From NCBI GenBank assembly GCA_012295275.1, contig CM022670.1:16306001-16370000 (forward strand): a DNA stretch of 64,000 nt, written 5' to 3'. Made by a program: the position numbers and the translations under genes. Shown here one piece after another: positions 55,420 through 64,000 of this stretch (the stretch's first letter is position 1; every line of letters begins with the position of its first letter). Source of the stretch: Chrysomallon squamiferum. Its lineage: Eukaryota > Animalia > Mollusca. The notes under the pieces were generated by a model that was not told the origin of the DNA, searched no databases, and was given only the letters and a program-made list of their open reading frames with translations.

Positions 55420-56153
55420 TACCTCTCGTCGTAATTTGTGAAGGATAGCCCTAAAATGCGGAGTTGGCGTTCTGCGCCATTAAGAAACAACTCTTTCCTC
55501 TGTCAGTGTCACTCTAAAACCTAACCAAATAAATCAGATGTGAGCGTAATGTAATTCAGACAGTAACTATCACCTTAATCCTAAACAAAACAATAAAAAA
55601 GATTTTAATTTAAAGGTATTTTCTGTATTTTCTAAAAAAATTCTGTAATAAATAACAGTTAATGCATATTTATGATTAACAGTAATGAAAATTTATTAAA
55701 TGAGAAAGTGTAATTAAATAAAATAATTAAAACCGAAAAAAAAAAAAATAATAATAATAATAATAAAAAATTGATAGTGAAAGTCATGTCCGCATTTTGC
55801 GAGTAACCCATCAGGATTAGATAAAATAAAAATAAATGTAGTTGTCAAATAAAAAAGTATTGCAATTAACGTACTGTACATTACAGTGCAACTTGGGGCT
55901 TTTTTTTCTCTCAATTATTAGTTTGTTAAAAAGAAATTAAATGAAATTAAATGTTGTATGTTAAAAAGTGTTTTTCGATTAATCTGTGTTAATACTGTTA
56001 CCTGCTTTTCTTCAATACTGATTTTCTATATTTAGCCTACACGATCGTCAAGGTCCATCCAAGGATCAGTTTCAGAACCTGTCTGTGAATCAGCAGCCGG
56101 CATATAAATCACTTTGTAGAAATGAGTGCACAATCGTCAGCAAATAGCTTATT
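55420..56153. promoter_or_regulatory. Probable bidirectional promoter TTC4 / ANKRD29
   Basis: The TTC4 non-coding first exon (minus strand, donor at 55422, CpG-rich with an ATGGCG YY1-like core at 55480) diverges from the ANKRD29 first exon about 600 bp away. Confidence 0.5.
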
Positions 56154-57649
56154 ATGTCTTTAAAGGTAATATTGTTGTTTTATCAGTTTTTACATGCTAT
56201 TTTCATCACTAATTATCATAATAAGAAAATACTGACATATCCATTAATCTGTGGCTGGACATATCGTTTGTAGATGTAATTTTGGGATCATTCAGTTCAC
56301 TAACGGATTGTTTTCATGTCAAACTTCATAACAAAATTTTGTGCAAATCGGTAATGTAGGATATAAATCCACCATAGTTTATTTAAAAATGGATGCTGCA
56401 AATCTAGAATGACGTTTTGGTGCTTTTATAATCAGCAGCAATATTGATAAAGATCATGTTTTATAAGCAATAAATATACTTTATTACTTATATATATAGA
56501 GATTTGATGTTATTCCATAATTATCTGGGAAGTGCAGATTGTTTTGATTGTTGTAATCTTTTTTTCAGGTAGTTTTTTCTGTTGCAGGTTACAAAGCTAT
56601 ATTCACTTCAACAGTTAATAATTTTCTAGTATTTGTTTTATATGCATATAGTTTTACTTTTTTTTTTACTTCGTTTTTTTTCATACATTAATGTTATTTT
56701 TAACATGGTATCTAATTTCACACTGCCCACTTTATCTTATATTTTATATTCACTAGATGATGCACACTGAAAAAATGTTTTTAACTGTTATAATTGCAAT
56801 ATTGCAGATTTATTTAAACAGTAAAGCTATCAAACAATTATTCTGAATTCAGATTTAATTTTCAACTAGTTGACTTACATGAAAACTGTTCAACATGTAA
56901 CATAATTTCTAATTAAAATTAATCTAACTGAAGATTTCTTTTCACTCTAAACAGCATGTTTGAGTATTACAAAGTTTCATAGTTTTATTTAATTATTCAC
57001 CATTACTAAATAATAATAATAATAAATAATAATAATAATAATAATAATAATACAAATTTAGTAAACATCAAAAGGTCTAACAGATCCTTCATCCAGGTGT
57101 AAGGATACTTTCAGAATTTTAGTTAAAACAAGGTTTAGAGTCAGATTTAATTTAGTTGTTTTTTGCTTTTAATATTAAAAACAGTCATTGCAATGCACAG
57201 AATAAAACAATTCCATTAATTTTTATTGTCAGAACTATGTTGGTGAGATTATTTCATGGGAACATAGTGTATTATTTCAGAACAAAAAGATTGGTGAAAA
57301 ATATTTGTTCTGTTTTTAATGGGTTTATTTTTCAAAATATAAATGGAACACAGATATAGAGGCTTTTGTTATTATTTGATAATAAAATATGATTGAGATT
57401 TTATTAATAATAACCATACTCTTACATGATAAGATTTAGAATTTTTTTTTTTTAATTTTGTGTGAAAACTTATAGCTTTAATAATAATAATACTACTTAT
57501 AATAGTTATGGTGATGATAATAATGGTTATAATATTAGCAATAATAATAATGATAATGATAATGATAACGATAACAACAACAACAACGGCAACAACAATA
57601 ACAATACTACTTATAATAGTTATGGTGATGATAATAATAGTTATAATGT

Positions 57650-57681
<32 letters not shown>

Positions 57682-60600
57682 GCAACAACAACAACAACAC
57701 ACACACACACTTATATATATATATGTACTAACGTTTTAATTTCAGAAGGAAACTCCGTCTGACCAACAGCTGCATCTTGCAGCTCTTCAGGGAAACTTGG
57801 AACAGCTTCGTAAAGTTTTGGATAGTGGCAGAGTTCATGTTGACTGCAAAGACAAGGTTGGTACAGTCTTTCAAATATATTAAAAAGATATTAAACTGGT
57901 GTTGCATTCATCCAAATAATTATTATGTTAGCTTTACCCCAAACCTTTGCAAATAAAAAAAGGATGACATAAATTTAATTATTATACCAGACTCACAAAA
58001 TATAAATGATTATATTTTTTGTAAAGTTCTTTACTAATAGAAAACTGTACTCTTGATATTAAATTGTTTATAAGATTTGTTAAATTGTTGATAGTGATAT
58101 ACCTAACTGTACTTTTTAGCTAATGTTAGTTCTATCAACAAATGTGATTATGTGTTTTAGTTGGCATTAACTTACTGATTTGATAACTTTATAAAAGAAT
58201 AATAAAACCTTTCAAAAAATATTTTGTCATCTTATATGTATAGGTGATTGCGACTGTTCTTTTTTCTTCTTGTCATCTGCAGTATTAAGATAATTTGATC
58301 AGTAAAGTAGAAATAAATATTACAGATTTGATTGACATACTGAAATTGTGTTTCTGTCATGACAGTTTGTAGGTGAAGTTTTTGCATTAATATATAAAAT
58401 GCAGTTTTAAATGATGATGATGGTTAGTTTACTGTAATATATCTAGAATTTAATTATAAATATCATTAATAAAACGTGGTTTAAAATATCATGTACAAAA
58501 CTTGGTATAAAATATCACTGACAAAAATAACAGGTATCAAATATCACCGACTAAAATAGGTTTAAAATATCATTAATAAATATATTATTATTATTATTAT
58601 TATTTTAATAAATAAGGAAGGAACTACACCACTCATCCTTTCTGCAGCTAACAATCATTTGGAATGTGTGAAAGAATTGCTGAGACAAGGAGCTGATCCA
58701 ACAGCACGAAGACTGGTATATTATTTTTATTAGTTGTTATAAAATAGTAATAATAATGATGATAATAATAATGATAATATATATATAATATTTAAAAACA
58801 TATTGATGAAAAAATAATAATAACTCTGCTGCCTAAAACAAACAGTATTTACATTGTCAAATCTTTTGAAGCACATTGAAGAAATTATTTGTAAAAACCA
58901 AATTGTCCCCAGAATTCTATTTTGCTTTTTAAGTGGATATATTAAATGAATATTTATGTATATAACATGTTTTGTTAATAAAATTCCAATGAATTGAATT
59001 GCATGTTTACATGTAATTGTTTTAAATTATTTTTAATTTATTAAACTGCAAAATCAACTTTAAGAGTAATTTAGTAAAATCTGAACTGGAAAAAAATTTT
59101 GAATGTTCACGATTCCAAATTTCAGAAAGACATACACTTTTTATATCATTAACATCATTTATATATCATATATATATATATATATATAACTGATGTTGCT
59201 ATATATATATATATATATATGTTTACATTTATGTATATTTGGTTATATTTTTAAACTTTATTCAGACAGGGACATGTGCTTTGTTCTTTGCCAGTCAAGG
59301 TGGTTTTCTGGACATTGTAAAAGTTCTCATTGAGCATGGTGCTGAGATTGATCTTCCTAGTTTTGTAAGTCATTTGTTAGGTTTTTTATTTTTTTTTTTT
59401 TTTTTTTTAGGAATTATAACTATATGAAAAGATTTCTTCTCATTTATTTTCCTTTTTTTTGTGTTATACCTGTCTTTCTTTATAGAAAGTGTGTATAAAA
59501 GGGATATCTTTGAGTAAATATGAAAGATGTATTTCTCCTTTTTCTTCAGAACATGTTTCTATGTGCTCAAATGTGCCATATTCTTTTTTTAAATCATGTT
59601 TGAATACAATATAGCTCATCTGAGCAAAATAAGAACTAAAATAGATACATTTTCAATGCAATTATATTACCAAAACAAACAACAAATAATATCTAATACT
59701 TTGCTGTTAGCAGGGTTTTCAATTTGTTTTTAAATATGATGAAAAGATTAGTTTAAGTAGCAGGGACTGTAATTTTCTGCTGTCATGTAAATACTCACAG
59801 ACAACTTTTTCCTCAACAGTGTTTTTTTTCTGACTTCAATGATTTTTCTGTTTGGTCATGTTCTGTTTGAAGCAATTTCATTTGATGACTTGTCATCTGA
59901 CTTTGTCTACTGACTTTGTTCTTGGCTTCATGTCAGACTGTGTTCTATTTGATGATATTGCAAATGGCTTCTCATCTGAAATCCATGACTTTTCACTCAC
60001 TGATGTTCTTTTGTTGAACTTTGTCTGATGGCCTTTCATTTGACAGTGTTCCATCAGCTGTGATGACTTTTTGAACACTGAAATCAAGCTAGATGAAACG
60101 AATTGAAAAGTGGGTTGTTGAGAAAAACCAGAGTATACTGGAGGCCCCAGTAGTTACAGATTGTGTCTGCTTCTGGCTTAATTCGAAATCCTTTGTGTTA
60201 TCAAACAGAAACTGATGTCACTGATTAGACATAAAAAATGACAGATAATAAATATTTTTTTTTAGATGATATTCCTTTTATGATTTATTACCACTGAAAT
60301 ATTGTATTATATGTAAAGTAACATCAGTTGCTTGCATTAAATTTAAAATAAAAGTAAATATTATTAAGATATATAATTTATAAATGAAGTCTCAGTAAAT
60401 ATCATTGAAAATATATATATATATATATTTTTTTCTCAGGATGGAGGTACACCACTTTTTGTAGCTTGTCAGTGTAACCATATTGATGTGGTTGAGGAAC
60501 TGTTGGCACGAGGAGCAGACATCCACGCTCAGATGATTGATGGTGCCACACCCTTGTTTATTGCAGCACAAAATGGGCATCTCAAGTTGCTCAAGTACTT

Positions 60601-62469
60601 ACTGACAAAAGGAGCAGATTTTAACATAACTAGAAAGGTGTGTTAATAAATCACTCACAAGTAAATTTAAATTTAATATATTAAAAGCTGTTTTACAGAG
60701 AGATACATTGCCATTTTGTCTTCAGTTCTTTCATTTCAGAGGTGAGCATGTTTTTCAACACTTCTGGAAGTTCTCAGTGACAGTCACCAATTTTTGTAAA
60801 TAAATATATATAAGTATAGGATGTGATACAAATAAAGCTGTTTGGATAATAAATTAATGAATGTATGTAAATTTTAACTCTAGGACAAAGCCACACCATT
60901 GTGGATTGCTGCACAGATGGGCCATTCCCAGATTGTTCAAGCATTACTGGAGGCTGGAGCCGATGTTGATGCAATCAGAGAGGTGATTTTGTATATTTGA
61001 AGAAAATATATTTTAAACAATAACCCCAAAAGATATTGCACGTCAGAAACCAAAACAAAAACAACTGCAAAGAAACTTCACTAAATTAAAAGTGTGTTTC
61101 TGGCAATTACATTCGACAATGAAAAGTTTAATTTATGTTGTTCCATTCACTTTTCCTTTCTTATATACAAATGAATATGTGATATGTGTTATTATTTATC
61201 TAAAATGTTTGGCTCATAATTAAAAAGATGAATTTATTTTAGGATGGAGCCACACCTCTGTTTAAAGCCTGTCATAAAGGACATTTAGATGTGGCAGAAG
61301 AACTACTTAACCATAATGCATGTTACTCACTGTTACAGGTAATTATTTACAATAATGCGTGTTACTCACTGTTACAAGTAATTCAATACAATCAATTTTT
61401 ATTATTGTGAAATTAAACTTACCATAAAACATTCTGACAGTTAATTAATAAAAAGTAAATGGGTTTTTTACCAAGAAAAATACTTTTGTTATAATTATTC
61501 TCAAATGATGAAAATTAATGGTTTGGCTACTGCTGGTGAGGGGTAATTTATAATAAACAGGAAATGCTAACAAATAGCAAAAATGACTTTGGGTAGGTGG
61601 GGGAATAATAGGAGGGGGAGCTGTTGTAATTAAATACATTTTTACAGTATTTATCTGCAATACAAATGCATAAAGGATATGCTTGTTGGCAAAAATATTT
61701 ACTTAATTGTTTCACATGGAAACTTGTGTAACCTCTATTTGGACCTATTCAAAACACTGCACCAAATACATGATTTTGTTTTACTTACGTCAGAATGGAG
61801 AGACACCTCTACATGCAGCTGCACTGTTTGGACACAGCAAACTGGTCAGACTCTTACTTTCAAGGGGTGCAAATGCTACACTAAGAAATAAGGTTTGTTA
61901 TCATTCTGTTTAATTATTTAGCTTATCACGGATAGATAATATCTGTGATGTTTCATAGACATGTTTTATTAATTGTTGTTTCATCATTTGCAGCTTGATA
62001 AATTTTAATTTACTGCATAAAGTCATAGGGTTACTTTTTAAATTATGCTTTCTGCCACTTGTTGTTTAGAAAATAATTTTACAAAGATTTATATATACAT
62101 TTTTATTAACTGAATAATTATATATCGTAGTACAATACATGTGAAATTAAAGTAATTTTCTCACTTAAATTATCTTTTCATTCACATCTCTAAATATATT
62201 ATTAATATATCTCATAATATAAAACTCATTTTGTTTGTTTTGAAAACTTAATTAAATATATTTCATAATTTTGATATGTATTATAATTCAGTTTTTTTGG
62301 CTGTGGATATATTTTATCTTCTGAAAATTGTTTTTAGGAAGGACAGACAGCTGCAGAGTTGGCTGTAGAGGCTGGATATGACTTCATCGCCAAACTGATA
62401 GAGAATTTTAAACCTTCGGATCAAACAAATGATGAAATCACAGAGGTTACTCTTTCAGTTGGATTGTAG
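56154..62469 (+). CDS. ANKRD29: Ankyrin repeat domain-containing protein 29, 9 coding exons
   Basis: Exons 56154-56165, 57746-57856, 58617-58715, 59266-59364, 60440-60637, 60884-60982, 61243-61338, 61794-61892, 62338-62469. All introns are phase 0 and most exons are 99 nt (one ankyrin repeat). MSLKKETP..LDSGRVHVDCKD, ALFFASQGG and PLWIAAQMGHS match ANKRD29 (MSFKKETP, SGRVDVDCRD, PLWIASQMGHS). Confidence 0.9.
57476..57710. repeat. Compound (AAT)/(AAC)/(AC) microsatellite with about 120-bp direct duplication
   Basis: AATACTACTTATAATAGTTATGGTGATGATAATAAT occurs twice (about 57489 and about 57603), interleaved with trinucleotide runs. Confidence 0.85.
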
Positions 62470-64000
62470 TGTTGAAAGAAGCACATTCTTTTTTAGCTGT
62501 ACCATCAGGTATATTTACACAGTTATGCTGCCAAGAATTGTATTAAGTTAATATTTTTTCATGTCATTAGGAATCTTAATATTTTTAAAGATGCAATAAT
62601 CTAAATACTGCAGAAAAAGGCCTCAGAGATTCCAAAAATCAAAACATCACAATATCATATTTGTTGAATGTTTATTTAAATAGAGTGAATTTGTAATCAC
62701 CTGCTTGATTTGAAAATACTTTATATTAGCTATTTTCAAATTGGATTTTTAAAACTGGATTTTAAGTTAAATACTGTAGTCTTTTAAGTAGATTATTTTG
62801 TTGTTTTCCTTTTTTATTATACAGGTTTTGTTGTGCTATGCATATGTATTGCAGTAGGAATTATTTCTTAACTGAGTTAACATTTTATGATTGGTAGACA
62901 TTATTTATTACATTTACTGATAAATTTTAAATGGCTTTTGTGCTATTTTACACTTAGCATACCCAAAGCAAGTCTTTCATTGTATATTGGTTGTTACTAC
63001 TATACATTTTCTATAATTATCAGTTAATTTCTTTTCTTTGAAAGAAAGAGAAATTACAGAAACACATATTTTTTTATTATTATCTAGAAAAACAGTTTTT
63101 AATTTTAACTGGGGATATGTACATAAAAAATTGAACAACACTTAAATAAATAAACACAAATGCACATACATACACATGCACAGACATGTGTAGACACACA
63201 CTGACATGCAATATAATGATAGCCAAAAAACACATGTGCATTGTCAGTGTTATAAGTTATAAAACTCCAAACATTAAAATTATTGATATAATTTTACAGG
63301 ATGTCATGAGTAATTACTGACATTAATCATTTGAACACTTTTTAAAAATAAAATGAATTTAATGATTTTATTCAAACAAAATCATACTAATATTTTATTC
63401 ACTTATTTTCGCATGATTTAATTATATTTTTATTCACACACACTTATCAGCTCTTCCTGAATTAATTATGTCTTTTTCATTATATGTACCTTTTATGATT
63501 TTAATTAACTTTTAATCAGTTTATATTTTTAGTCTCCTTATTCCAAGTGCAATGAGTATCAATTACATACCTCACTTCTTTATAAACCACATTTACCCTA
63601 GGAAAAATAATTCTTTTCATTACTTTCTACATCTCATTTATTCATTCATTCACATATTTTTGTAATATTTTCCAGTAGGTCATAATATATCAAATTTATT
63701 TTATTTGCCATACTCTTGTTTGGATTGCTGTTGAATGTTTTACTTAATTTATCTTTTTAAAAGAAGGACTGAAATTTCTGTCAGGACAGGAATAATCCAA
63801 GCTGTTATTTAATTATTTTGTTGATTGTAAAATAATTATGGATTTTCCATTAATGTTTGTTCAGGACATTTTCATTTTAAAATGCTCAATGTTGTTTTTT
63901 AATCTGTTAAAATGTTAATTAATTTCAAATTCCAATTCATGTGAACATTTTCACTGCTTTGTAATAGTACTATAATTAAAGGTTTATGTAACAACTCTAT

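Overview
AT-rich, microsatellite-rich eukaryotic (animal; style suggests a mollusc, which is an inference) genomic DNA. It contains seven intron-containing genes that I reconstructed exon by exon: annexin (+), ITPA (-), HBS1L (+), a metadherin/LYRIC-like gene (-), OSER1 (+), TTC4 (-) and ANKRD29 (+). Six of them form head-to-head pairs. The most notable feature is a large alternative terminal exon in HBS1L intron 5 that encodes a Ski7-like (HBS1LV3-type) exosome-linker isoform. That exon is split by a +1 frame discontinuity near 19470-19505, with the same repeated motif on both sides; this is either an assembly indel or recoding/unusual splicing. Other points: a perfect 90-bp palindrome and a U12-like intron relic in TTC4, a duplicated in-frame splice donor in ANKRD29, a candidate poison exon and a lysine-rich repeat expansion in the MTDH-like gene, and decayed transposon fragments. 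Exon boundaries were derived by eye from GT-AG sites and frame continuity; protein identifications rely on recalled motifs, not database searches.
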